DNA of 64,000 nt, from assembly GCA_965116475.1 (NCBI GenBank), contig OZ220691.1, positions 3,424,001 to 3,488,000 of the forward strand. Reading direction: 5' to 3'. Source of the stretch: Gemmatimonadota bacterium. GTDB lineage: Bacteria; Gemmatimonadota; Gemmatimonadetes; Palauibacterales; Palauibacteraceae. The translations under genes and the position numbers were made by a program. Below the pieces are notes generated by a model. That model made no database searches, was not told where the DNA came from, and worked only from the letters and a program-made list of their open reading frames with translations. Positions 43,636 to 52,997 of the stretch are shown piece after piece. The stretch's first letter is position 1, and every line of letters starts with the position of its first letter.

Positions 43636-44066
43636 CCGCGCTCGGAGTCCTCCCGCAACTCCAGGAGCACGCCGTCCAGCGATCGCGGGTGCAGAAAGGC
43701 GATGCGGGCGCCGCCTGCGCCGCGGCGGGTGCGGGGCGGGATGGCCTCTGCACCGGCCGCCTCGGCTTCCGCGAGGGCATCTTCGAGATCGTCGACGCGG
43801 ACGCAGACGTGGTGAATGCCGGGGCCGCGCCGGTCCAGGAAGCGGGCGATGGGCGACTCCGGTGTCAGAGGGGCGAGCAGTTCGATCCGCCCGGGGCCCT
43901 CGCCGAAGAAGGTGGCTCGAATGCCCTCCGAGGGAACGGTTTCCTCGCCGGACGGCGGCCGGCCGAGGATGGCGGACCACCGCCGCACGGCTTCCGGCAG
44001 CGAGTTGACCGCGATTCCCACGTGGTCGATTATGGGCGCGCCCGAAATACGGTTGCGTTGGTTCAC
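43632..44066 (-). CDS. mce: Methylmalonyl-CoA epimerase
   Basis: DHVGIAV, IELL.P..PESPIARFL..RGPGIHHV, GAGG..IAFLHP...GVLLEL. Confidence 0.9.
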   Translation of the reverse strand: MNQRNRISGAPIIDHVGIAVNSLPEAVRRWSAILGRPPSGEETVPSEGIRATFFGEGPGRIELLAPLTPESPIARFLDRRGPGIHHVCVRVDDLEDALAEAEAAGAEAIPPRTRRGAGGARIAFLHPRSLDGVLLELREDSERG

Positions 44067-44208
44067 TGCGACCGGAGACCCTCTCTTGTGTTAGACCTCG
44101 CCTGCGCCCGCGCGCGGGAACGTATATCCGGGCCCGGCGCCGGAGCCAGTGAAGAGAAGCGTTCTTCCCGGTCGGGTGAGCCGGGTGGCACACAAACAGG
44201 AGATTCGA

Positions 44209-44547
44209 ATGGCTGATGCTGCGAACGGAGGACCCCTCGAGATCACGGATGCGAATTTCGCGGATGAGATCGAGGGCGCGGACGGTCTGGCGATGGTGGA
44301 TTTCTGGGCGGAGTGGTGCGGCCCGTGCCGGCTCGTCGGGCCGATCGTCGACGAGCTCGCACAGGAGTATTCGGGGCGTGTCACGATCGGCAAACTCGAT
44401 GTGGACGCGAACCCGCAAACCGCATTCCGCTTCAACGTGCGCTCAATCCCGAGCATCCTCTTCTTCAGGGACGGCGAGGTCGTGGACACCCTCGTGGGGG
44501 CGCACCCCAGGGACTCTCTCGAGAGAAAGATCCGCGAGCACGCCTAG
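44209..44547 (+). CDS. trxA: Thioredoxin
   Basis: VDFWAEWCGPC, VRSIP; AGGAG upstream of ATG 44209. Confidence 0.97.
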   Translation: MADAANGGPLEITDANFADEIEGADGLAMVDFWAEWCGPCRLVGPIVDELAQEYSGRVTIGKLDVDANPQTAFRFNVRSIPSILFFRDGEVVDTLVGAHPRDSLERKIREHA

Positions 44548-44562
44548 TGTTCCACTAGTGTC

Positions 44563-45408
44563 GTGACAGGAACGCTGTACGTGGTCGGCACGCCGATCGG
44601 CAATCTGGACGACATGCCGCGGCGGGCGGTTCGGACCCTGCGTTCGGTCGACGTGTGCTACGCCGAAGACACGCGGCGCACGGGCACGCTGCTCGCGCGA
44701 CTGAAGGCGAACGTTCCGTTGCGGTCGCTGCACATGCACAACGAGCGCGCGCGAGTGGACGAGTTGCTCGCCGCCCTCGCGGCGGGGGGCTCCGCGGCCC
44801 TCGTGTCCGACGCGGGCACGCCGACCGTGTCCGACCCGGGCTGCCGGGCGGTGGCGGCCGCGCGCGAGGCGGGGCACGAGGTGCTGGCCATCCCGGGTCC
44901 CTCCGCCGTGCTGGCGGCGCTCTCGGTGTCCGGCTTCCCCGCCGACCGGTTTCTCTTTCTCGGATTCGCTCCGCGGCGGGGCGGCGAACGTTCCGCCTGG
45001 ATCGACGACCTCCGCACATGCGCGGACACCGCGGTCGCGTTCGAGGCGCCGGGGCGGCTGGTCGCGCTCCTCGATGAACTGAAGGAAGCGGGTCTGGGTG
45101 AGCGGGCGGCCGTGGTTTGCCGGGAACTGACGAAACTGCACGAGGAAACCACGGCCGGATCCGTCGGCGAGCTGGCGTCCGCGTTCGCGTCGCGCGAGGT
45201 CAGGGGCGAGGTGACGATCGTTTTCGGGGGCGGGACGGCAGGCAACGAAGCGCCCGATCTGGCGGTCCTGATGGAGGAGGCGCGACATTGGTCGCGCGAT
45301 GGCCTGCGGCGGCGCGAGATCGCCGACCGCCTGGCTGCGGAGTTCGGTCTGAGCCGGAACGAGGCCTACCGCGTGAGCTTGCAGGTTCAAGAGGCGCCCT
45401 CGGAATGA
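44563..45408 (+). CDS. rsmI: 16S rRNA (C1402) 2'-O-methyltransferase
   Basis: LYVVGTPIGNLDD, AEDTR, LVSDAGTP.VSDPG, IPGPSA, RELTKLHEE. Confidence 0.96.
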   Translation: MTGTLYVVGTPIGNLDDMPRRAVRTLRSVDVCYAEDTRRTGTLLARLKANVPLRSLHMHNERARVDELLAALAAGGSAALVSDAGTPTVSDPGCRAVAAAREAGHEVLAIPGPSAVLAALSVSGFPADRFLFLGFAPRRGGERSAWIDDLRTCADTAVAFEAPGRLVALLDELKEAGLGERAAVVCRELTKLHEETTAGSVGELASAFASREVRGEVTIVFGGGTAGNEAPDLAVLMEEARHWSRDGLRRREIADRLAAEFGLSRNEAYRVSLQVQEAPSE

Positions 45409-48400
45409 GTGACGGATTCGGCTTCGAACGGCTGGCCGCCGCCTGTGCGGCGGTCCGGGCGCGCGTCGCGGGGACGGCGGCGGCTTCAGCCGTTGCGCTG
45501 GGTGGAGCGCTGATCCTCGTGCTTTCCCTGTTTCCGGTTTCCGCCCGGGAGGGCCGTGGCTCGCTCGTACCGCTCGCGCTCGCGCTCGTTCTGTGGGCCG
45601 GCCTCGCCGGGCTGGCGTGGGTCGCCCGCCGCGTGTGGCAGGCGCTGCATCCGCATGCCGTGGCGGAGGAGGCGGACGTTGCGGCGGGACTCGGGGCCGG
45701 CGATGTCCGCGCCGCGATCGAACTGGAACGGGCGGAGACTGCGGCGGGCGCCGGATTGGCGGCGCTCCACCGCGCGCGCGTGTCCGCCGCGCTGGGGAAC
45801 GTCCCGCCGCATGGGCTCCTCCCGGTCACCGGCCCGGGTTGGAAGCGGCGGATTCGCCGGTCGGGTGTCGCCGTGGCGCTCATCCTGCTCGCGATCTCGG
45901 CGGCCGCGCTGCTGCGGCCGCAGCCCACGTTCTCCGCCGCCACGGCGCTGGGGGCGCCGTGGCGCACCGCCTTTCCGGCGCCGCTCCCGCCCCTCGGCCT
46001 GACGGGCGCCCCCGGCGTCCCGCGGGGAGAAGCGGCGGCCGTGTCCATCTCGGCCACGGGGCGCGACCGGGTCGACCTGGTGTGGCGTGCCGCGGGCCGG
46101 GCCCCCGAACGGACCCTCATCGAGGTATCGGCCGCCGGTTCGGCGCAGGGCCGCACCGGGTCGATCATCTCGCCCACGGCGGTGTGGGTCGAAGACCGGG
46201 ATGGTTTTTCGAGCGACACCCTCCGTATCCGTCCCCTCGAGCCGCTTCTGGTTCAGGATCTCCAGCTCACCGTCGAGTTCCCGGCCTACCTGGGGCGCGG
46301 ATCCGAGCGCTACCGCGGCCGGATTCCGCCGCTCGTGGCGCCCGAAGGTTCGAGGCTGCGGCTAAGCGGAGAGGCGAACCTCCCGCTCGATGACGGGGCC
46401 CTTGCATGGCGGCCCGGCGACGGGGAGACGGGCGAGGCGGCGTCCCGAATCCCGCTCGAGATCGCGGGCTCGCAGTTCGCCGTTTCGTGGGTTCCCGAGC
46501 GGACGGGCGCCTGGGCGTGGGAATTGCGGGCCGAATCGTCGCTCGGCGCCCCCATCCTCCCCGACCCCATCCGCGTACTCGTGGTGCCCGACCTTCAGCC
46601 GCGCATCCACCTCCTCTACCCGGCTCCGGATACGACCCTGGGCTACGAGCGCGTCATGCCGGTCATCGTGGACGTGGAGGATGATATCGGCCTCCGCCGA
46701 GCCTTCGTCCGCAGCTGGCGCTCGGGTCTGGGTAGCGAGACCGCGGAGCGGCGGGAGGCGCTTTCCCCCGATCCGGCCGGGGCGGAGCGGGCGGTCTTCC
46801 GGCACCTGCTGGACCGCAGCGCGGAGTCCTTCCTCCCCGGGGACACGCTCTACTACCGCTTCGAGGCTTTCGACGGACATCCGGCGAGGGGGCCCGCGCT
46901 TTCCGACGTTTTTCTGCTTCGCGTCCCGACGTTTACGGATATCAGGGACCGGCGCGCGGAGCAGACCGAAGCCCTCTCCGAAGACGCGCAGGCCCTGGAA
47001 GAGAGGTTGGAGGCGCTGGCCGAGGCGGCGGCCGACGCGGCGCGGCAGACGGATGCCGAAGGGGACGACAGTGAGGACGTTCGGTTCGAGGCCACCGAAG
47101 AGGCGCGGAGCGTGCTCGACGAGGGGCAGCGCGCCGAGGAGGAACTCTCGGGGATCGAGGAGCAGATCGAAGCCCTGCAGAAGGAACTCGAAGCCTCGCC
47201 GCTCTCCGATCCGGCGCTGCAGGAGCAGTTGGAGCGGCTGGCCGAACGCTACAGCGAACTCGCCGACAGCGGACTCGAGGAGCAGATCGATGCGCTCGCG
47301 GAGGCACTGCGGGAGTTGGACCCGGAAGCGGTTCGGGAAGCGCTCGAACAGCTGTCCGAGGACTACGAGAGTCTGCGGGAGCAGGTGGACCAGACGCTCG
47401 GCATGCTCGAGCAGGCCGCGCTCGAACAGGCGATGAAGTCCGCGCAGGCCAACGCGGATGAACTGGCGCGGGAACAGAGGGAAGTCGCTGGAGAGGAGGA
47501 CGCCGAGGCGTTCCGCGAAGGCCAGGATTCGCTCGTCGAACAGGCCGAGGCGCTGGCGGAGCGCCTGGCGGAGTTGGAGGCGGAACTCGCGGCGGCGGAC
47601 CGGGAGGCCGCTGCGGATTCGGCCCGGGCCGCCAGCGAGCGCACGCAGGAGGCTCTGGGCAAGATGGCCGACGCGCAGGGCGCAGCCGAGGCGCCTCCAT
47701 CCGGGGAGGCGGGCGAGGTCGGCGAAACGGAGCGTCAGGCGGCGGAGGAAGCCGCGGAGGCGCTCGAGCAGGCGGCGGGCGCCCTGGGCTCGGCGCAGCG
47801 GGAGATGAGCGGAGAGCAGGGCGAAGCCGCCGTCGAGTCGCTGGCTCGCGCGCGCGGCGAGGCGCTCGCGCTGGCGGAGGAGGAGGGCCGCCTGTCGGAG
47901 GCGACCCGAGGCGAAGATGCGGCGGATCCGGCCTCTTGGCGCGCGCGGCAGGGGGCCGTGCGCCAGGGACTCGAGAACCTGGTGGAGAGACTCTCGGAAG
48001 CGGGGAACGAAGCGGCGATGCTCGACCAGCGTACGGGGGCGGCGGCGGGCGATGCGGCGGAACGCATGGATCAGCTGCTTGACCGGCTCGCGGGAGATGG
48101 GGCGCGGCGTCTCCCGTCCCGGGCGGAGGTCGAGGGCATCCAGGAGTCGCTGAATTCGCTGGCCCGACACCTGCTGGCGAGCGAGGAGGCGGCCCGCGCC
48201 GCCGGGGAGCAGTCCGCCGGCCAGGACGCGGCGGATCAGATGAACCAGCTCGCGCAGCAACAGCAGGCAGTGACACAGGAGACGAGTTCGCTCCTCATGC
48301 CCGGTCCTCGGCCGTCGGGGGAGGAGCGGCGGCGCGAGGAGGTCGTGCGGCGGCAGGAGGAGGTGGCCGAAGAGCTCGGAGAGGTGGAAGACCCGGAGGG

Positions 48401-48770
48401 CGATCTGCTGGGACGTCCCGAGGAGATGGCGGAGGAAGCGGCCGAACTCGCACGACAGCTCGAGTTGGAGGGGCCCACGCAGGAGACGCTCGAGCGACAG
48501 CGGCAACTCTTCCGGCGCATGCTCGATGCGGGACGTTCGCTGGAGGATGAGGATCTCGATCCCAACGAACGGGAATCCCGCGAGGCCACGGCTCCGCCGG
48601 GGATTCCGCCACCGATCGATCCGGCGTTGCTGCGGGGACGCCGCTACCCGGCGCCCTCGGAGGCATTGCTGCGGGAGCTGCCGCTCTTCTATCGATCGCT
48701 GATCTTCGAGTACTTCGACCGGTTGAACCGCGTGCCTCCGGCGGCCGCCGAGGCCCGGCGGGAGCCCTGA
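45405..48770 (+). CDS. Large membrane-anchored protein, DUF4175-like (Ig-like region plus long acidic coiled coil)
   Basis: Three N-terminal TM segments, FPAYLGR, VEDDIGL, LPGDTLYY..EAFD, long E/Q/A heptad region, C-terminal YRSLIFEYFDRL; ATGA overlap with rsmI. Confidence 0.75.
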   Translation: MSDGFGFERLAAACAAVRARVAGTAAASAVALGGALILVLSLFPVSAREGRGSLVPLALALVLWAGLAGLAWVARRVWQALHPHAVAEEADVAAGLGAGDVRAAIELERAETAAGAGLAALHRARVSAALGNVPPHGLLPVTGPGWKRRIRRSGVAVALILLAISAAALLRPQPTFSAATALGAPWRTAFPAPLPPLGLTGAPGVPRGEAAAVSISATGRDRVDLVWRAAGRAPERTLIEVSAAGSAQGRTGSIISPTAVWVEDRDGFSSDTLRIRPLEPLLVQDLQLTVEFPAYLGRGSERYRGRIPPLVAPEGSRLRLSGEANLPLDDGALAWRPGDGETGEAASRIPLEIAGSQFAVSWVPERTGAWAWELRAESSLGAPILPDPIRVLVVPDLQPRIHLLYPAPDTTLGYERVMPVIVDVEDDIGLRRAFVRSWRSGLGSETAERREALSPDPAGAERAVFRHLLDRSAESFLPGDTLYYRFEAFDGHPARGPALSDVFLLRVPTFTDIRDRRAEQTEALSEDAQALEERLEALAEAAADAARQTDAEGDDSEDVRFEATEEARSVLDEGQRAEEELSGIEEQIEALQKELEASPLSDPALQEQLERLAERYSELADSGLEEQIDALAEALRELDPEAVREALEQLSEDYESLREQVDQTLGMLEQAALEQAMKSAQANADELAREQREVAGEEDAEAFREGQDSLVEQAEALAERLAELEAELAAADREAAADSARAASERTQEALGKMADAQGAAEAPPSGEAGEVGETERQAAEEAAEALEQAAGALGSAQREMSGEQGEAAVESLARARGEALALAEEEGRLSEATRGEDAADPASWRARQGAVRQGLENLVERLSEAGNEAAMLDQRTGAAAGDAAERMDQLLDRLAGDGARRLPSRAEVEGIQESLNSLARHLLASEEAARAAGEQSAGQDAADQMNQLAQQQQAVTQETSSLLMPGPRPSGEERRREEVVRRQEEVAEELGEVEDPEGDLLGRPEEMAEEAAELARQLELEGPTQETLERQRQLFRRMLDAGRSLEDEDLDPNERESREATAPPGIPPPIDPALLRGRRYPAPSEALLRELPLFYRSLIFEYFDRLNRVPPAAAEARREP

Positions 48771-48819
48771 CGTGGAGCGTCTTCGCTGCCGGCGCCCGGT
48801 GGGCGGCACCCGCGGAGCC

Positions 48820-50622
48820 ATGCAGCTCGCCGCGCTCCTTGCGGCGGTGTTCGGTACCCCGTTGCCGGCGGGCGCCGAGGTGGCCGGTCAGGCATCCGCG
48901 GCCTCGGAGCAGCGCACGGTGGCACGCGCGGAGCGCCTCCGCGCAAGCGGACGGGCCACGGAAGCCGCCTCCGCCCTGCGCGAACACCTGGTGCGGGCGC
49001 CCGCGTCGCCCGGCGCGCTCGCGCTGCTCGGCGAACTGGCGCTGGAATCGGGGGAAGCGGCCGCCTTCGTGCCCTACGCCGAAGCCGCCGTCGTCGCGGA
49101 TCCGGACGAGGACGTCGCCCGGTTGTGGTGGGTTCGGGGGCTGACCGGTGCGGGGATGCGCGATTCGGCCCTCGCCGCGAGCGAGCGCTGGCTGGACGAA
49201 ACCCCCGAACTTTCCGCGGCGCGGCTGGCCCGCGCCGACGTCCAGCTCGCGGTGGGGGACTCCGCTGGCGCGATCCGCACCCTCGACGAGGCGGCGGACC
49301 CCGGCAGGGAACTCCTCGTGCGCTTCGCCGACCTCCTCCTCGCGGTCGGCGACGACGACCGCCTGGCCGCGGCCTGGGTCGGGCTTCTCGCCCTCTCGCC
49401 GCCGGCGACGGACGAGGTGGAAACGGGCCTCCGGCAGGCCCAGGCAGCCGGGGCAGCCGGGGCAGCCGCGGGAGATGGGTCGGGCGCCCGGGCGGCCTCC
49501 TTCGAGCGGCTGCGCGCGCGTCTGGCCGGTCGCCGGGACGGCGCATCCCGGGCGGGGGCGATCGTCGCCCTGCGGTTGGGGCGAGCGGAGGCCGCGCGGG
49601 CATTGGTCGACGAGGCGCCGGCGCCGGACGATCCCGACGCGGCCGCATTTCTGCGGGAGTACGTGCGCGAAGCGGAGGCGGCGGAACTTCCCGGGGAGGT
49701 GGCCTGGTCCGCGCGGCGGCTGTCCGGACTGAGCGCGCGACCGGTGGACCGCCTGCGCTGGCTCGCGCTCGCCGGCGACCAGGCGCTGGGGGCGGGGGAT
49801 ACGGCGTCGGCGCGCGACGTGCTCGAGGAACTGATAAGGGAGAGTCCCCCGGGCGACGGTTCTCACCAGTTGGCGTCGCGCCGCCTGTTCGAGCTCCTCG
49901 CGGCCAACCCCGCGTTGCTCGATGAGGCGGCCTCGGTGCTGGGCCGCTACGTGCGGCAGTATCCGGACTCCGCGGCGGTCGAGGCCGGGCTGTGGGGGGA
50001 CCTCGCGCTCGGCCACGCCCGGGCGGGCGATCTCGGCACGGCGGAGGCGCTGGTGGCCGACGCGCGGGGACGGATTCGCATCGCCGCGTCGGGGCGCCTG
50101 GACGCCGCGGCGGCCCGGCTGGCGCTGTACGCGGGCCGGCCCGATTCCGCACGGGAGCGGGCGAGCCGGAGCGTGCGCGAGGCGGAGATCGGGGCGGCGG
50201 AACGGACGCGCCGGCTCCGGCTGCTGACGCTCGTGCAGGCCGCGGACACGGCGGAGGTCCGCATCGCGGGCGCCGCCGCGCTCGCGCTCCTCGCCGCTCC
50301 GGAGGCGTTCGATCCCGGGCCGGCGCTGCGCGAGCTGGCCGGCCGCCCGGCGTCGAGCGGTCGTCCCGTCGTGCTCGGCTTCCTCGCGGACGCGGCCTCC
50401 GAGGCCGGACGGGCCCGCATCGCCGACGCCCTGCGGCGGCGTATCGTCCTCCAGCACCCGGGGAGCCCCGAGGCCCCGGCCGCTCTTCTGGATCTCGCCC
50501 GCGCGTCCGCCCCGGCCGAAGCCGCCTCCTGGCTGGAACAACTGATCGTGGGGTATCCCCGGAGCGCCCTGGCGCCGGTCGCACGCCGCATGCTCGCCGA
50601 ACTCGATGGAGGAAGCCGATGA
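48820..50622 (+). CDS. Exported TPR-like all-helical protein (start 48820 or 48772)
   Basis: Signal-like N-terminus; TPR-type helices with HPGSPEAPAALL and YPRSALAPVARR ends. Confidence 0.7.
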   Translation: MQLAALLAAVFGTPLPAGAEVAGQASAASEQRTVARAERLRASGRATEAASALREHLVRAPASPGALALLGELALESGEAAAFVPYAEAAVVADPDEDVARLWWVRGLTGAGMRDSALAASERWLDETPELSAARLARADVQLAVGDSAGAIRTLDEAADPGRELLVRFADLLLAVGDDDRLAAAWVGLLALSPPATDEVETGLRQAQAAGAAGAAAGDGSGARAASFERLRARLAGRRDGASRAGAIVALRLGRAEAARALVDEAPAPDDPDAAAFLREYVREAEAAELPGEVAWSARRLSGLSARPVDRLRWLALAGDQALGAGDTASARDVLEELIRESPPGDGSHQLASRRLFELLAANPALLDEAASVLGRYVRQYPDSAAVEAGLWGDLALGHARAGDLGTAEALVADARGRIRIAASGRLDAAAARLALYAGRPDSARERASRSVREAEIGAAERTRRLRLLTLVQAADTAEVRIAGAAALALLAAPEAFDPGPALRELAGRPASSGRPVVLGFLADAASEAGRARIADALRRRIVLQHPGSPEAPAALLDLARASAPAEAASWLEQLIVGYPRSALAPVARRMLAELDGGSR

Positions 50623-51938
50623 AGGCCGAGACGAAACGACGCGGCGTCGAGCGCCGCCTCGGGCGCCGCGTCGCCAGCCGCGTCGCCAGCCGTCTGCTGC
50701 TGGCGGGCCTCGCCTCGCTGGCGGGCGCATCGGGGCTGGGGGCTCAGCTTCTCGTTCCCATGGACCGCGAGCAGGAGAACCACCTCAAGGCCTACGGGTA
50801 TGCGTTCGGCATCCTTTCCGAGGGTCAGTCGGCCGAGTGGCTCCTGAACTATCGCGCCGGGTCCTTCCTCGTCTCCGACGTACCGTCCAACCGTCGGCGG
50901 GCCGCGCTGATGGGCGTAACCGTGGAAACGCTCGACGGTTCCGACGTGGCGAGGATCCGCCGCGAGATCGAGACGCGGAACATGGAGACCGTGCCCCTGG
51001 AGAAGGCCCCCACGATCGCGGTCTACACGCCGCCCAACAGTTCCCCGTGGGACGATGCCGTGACGATGGCGCTCGAGTACGCCGAGATCCCCTATGAGCG
51101 GATCTGGGACCGGGAGGTGCTTTCCGAAGAACTCGAGAACTTCGACTGGCTGCACCTTCACCACGAGGACTTCACGGGACAGTATTCGAAGTTCTACCTG
51201 ACGTACGCTTCCGCGGCCTGGCTGCAGGAGGAAGTTGCCCGCAACGAGGCGGTCGCCCGCGAACTCGGGTATCCGAACGTTCCGGCGCTGAAGAAGGCGG
51301 TCGCGGCCCGGCTCCGGAGTTACATCGAGGGCGGCGGCTTCCTGTTCGCGATGTGCACGGCGACGGAAACGCTTGAACTCGCCCTCGCCGCCGCGCACAC
51401 CGACATCGCGGCCTCCTTCGCGGATGGATCGCCCCTCGACGCCGCGGCGAGCGACAAGCTCCACTGGCCGGACGCGCTCGCCTTCCGCGATGCCGTGCTC
51501 GTGACGGACCCCACGCTCAGTGCTTTCAGCGATATCGACGGGCACCAGGTGAACACCCCGTGGAGGGTCGAACTCGGCAGCTTCTCGCTGTTCGAGTTCA
51601 GCGCCAAGTTCGATCCGGTTCCCGCCATGCTCACCCAGAACCACCGGCGGGTGCTGCCCGACTTCTACGGCCTCACGACAACCTTCCGGAAGGAACGCCT
51701 TCAGCCGGGGGTCACGATACTTGCGGAGGAGGATGCGCGCGGGCGCGTGAAGTACCTGCACGGGAGCTTCGGCGAAGGCACCTTCACCTACCTCGGGGGA
51801 CACGACCCGGAAGACCCCCGCCACCTGATCGGCGACGCTCCGACGGATCTGGACCTCCATCGGCACTCCGCCGGTTACCGGCTGATCCTCAACAACGTCC
51901 TCTTCCCGGCCGCGAAGAAGAAGAAGCTGATCACATGA
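50619..51938 (+). CDS. Secreted class-I glutamine amidotransferase-like protein (family often labelled 'asparagine synthetase B')
   Basis: Signal peptide then LLVPMD..Q.NHLKAYG, WLLNYR.GSF, PWDDAVT, WLHLHHEDFTGQY, GGFLFAMC, GHDPED, RLILNNVLFPAA; family recalled from memory. Confidence 0.7.
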   Translation: MKAETKRRGVERRLGRRVASRVASRLLLAGLASLAGASGLGAQLLVPMDREQENHLKAYGYAFGILSEGQSAEWLLNYRAGSFLVSDVPSNRRRAALMGVTVETLDGSDVARIRREIETRNMETVPLEKAPTIAVYTPPNSSPWDDAVTMALEYAEIPYERIWDREVLSEELENFDWLHLHHEDFTGQYSKFYLTYASAAWLQEEVARNEAVARELGYPNVPALKKAVAARLRSYIEGGGFLFAMCTATETLELALAAAHTDIAASFADGSPLDAAASDKLHWPDALAFRDAVLVTDPTLSAFSDIDGHQVNTPWRVELGSFSLFEFSAKFDPVPAMLTQNHRRVLPDFYGLTTTFRKERLQPGVTILAEEDARGRVKYLHGSFGEGTFTYLGGHDPEDPRHLIGDAPTDLDLHRHSAGYRLILNNVLFPAAKKKKLIT

Positions 51939-51972
51939 GGGCTCCGCCCCGGGCGGCCGGCGGGTAGATTCG

Positions 51973-52866
51973 GTGTCCCGTAACGGGTACGCGGGCTTCG
52001 TCGAGCGGAGGCGCGAACGCGAGCGCTTCCAGCGCCGGACGCTGGCCGCGGGGCTCATCGCCTCCGTCTTCCTCCACGTCCTTCTTCTGGTCGTGGCGGG
52101 CGGCGTCCGGGTCGAGTCCCTCCCCTTCACGCTCCCCCCCATCGAAATCGTACCCGCGCCCGACGCGCTGGTCGTGGTCGAGATTGCGCCCACTCTGCCG
52201 GAGGACCTTCCCGAGGATCCCCGCCCCGAACCGCTGCCGCCGGAGGAGGATCCGCCGGAGGTCGAGCCCGAGCCCGAGGAGGAAGAGGAGGAACAGGAGG
52301 AGGAGGAAGAAGAGGCGGTGGAGGAGGCGGACCCCCTCCGCGGCGCGCCGGGCCTGATCGTCGCGGGCCAGCCGACGCCGCCGGAGGGGCCCCGGGGCCG
52401 GACCAACGCCTCGCGGCTCCGGCTGCGCTTCAGCGATCCGCGTTTGTGGTTCGATCCGCAGTCCCCCCGCCTCATCGGCGAGAGGCTGGTCCAGTTCGCC
52501 CGCGCGGACAGCGCGGTGCGGGCGATCCTCCGCGATTGGCTCGACAGCCTCCAACTCGACGAAGATGTGCGGCGCCGCGCGCGAGACTGGACCTTCGAGC
52601 GCGACGGGAAACGGTGGGGGTTCTCCGAGCAGGGAATCCACCTCGGCGACGTCACGATCCCCATTCCCATCGGGTTCGCTCCGACGGGGCCCCAGAGGCG
52701 CGCGTACGAACAGGCGATCCGCGACCTGACGGCGATCCAGATCCAGAACCTTCGGGACGACGTGGAAGCCGCCGCGGCCGAGGCGCGGGCCCGCATGCGC
52801 GAGCGCTCCGAGGAGGAGATCCGACGCCGGCGCGGCGACACCCTGCGCGTCCGCGGGCCTCCGTGA
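51973..52866 (+). CDS. TonB/TolA-like membrane-anchored protein with an unrecognised C-terminal domain
   Basis: Single TM with S-x-x-x-H (ASVFLH), Pro/Glu-rich spacer, C-terminal DWTFERDGKRWG..GIHLG domain. Confidence 0.65.
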   Translation: MSRNGYAGFVERRRERERFQRRTLAAGLIASVFLHVLLLVVAGGVRVESLPFTLPPIEIVPAPDALVVVEIAPTLPEDLPEDPRPEPLPPEEDPPEVEPEPEEEEEEQEEEEEEAVEEADPLRGAPGLIVAGQPTPPEGPRGRTNASRLRLRFSDPRLWFDPQSPRLIGERLVQFARADSAVRAILRDWLDSLQLDEDVRRRARDWTFERDGKRWGFSEQGIHLGDVTIPIPIGFAPTGPQRRAYEQAIRDLTAIQIQNLRDDVEAAAAEARARMRERSEEEIRRRRGDTLRVRGPP

Positions 52867-52997
52867 CGTGGGCGCGCCGCGCGGTTCCGAACGCGCGGCG
52901 CCTCCGTTAGACTGAGCCGCAGCCCGGACGCCGGGGGGCCTCCCCGTCGCGCCGACGTTTCTCCCGACACCGCAAACCGTCAGTCAGGAGCCGCCCC

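Noticed and set aside
52867..52997. T-box riboswitch upstream of valS
   Set aside because: Only about 130 nt, no T-box consensus or U-tract terminator; just a 10-bp GC hairpin and a TAGACT -10-like box
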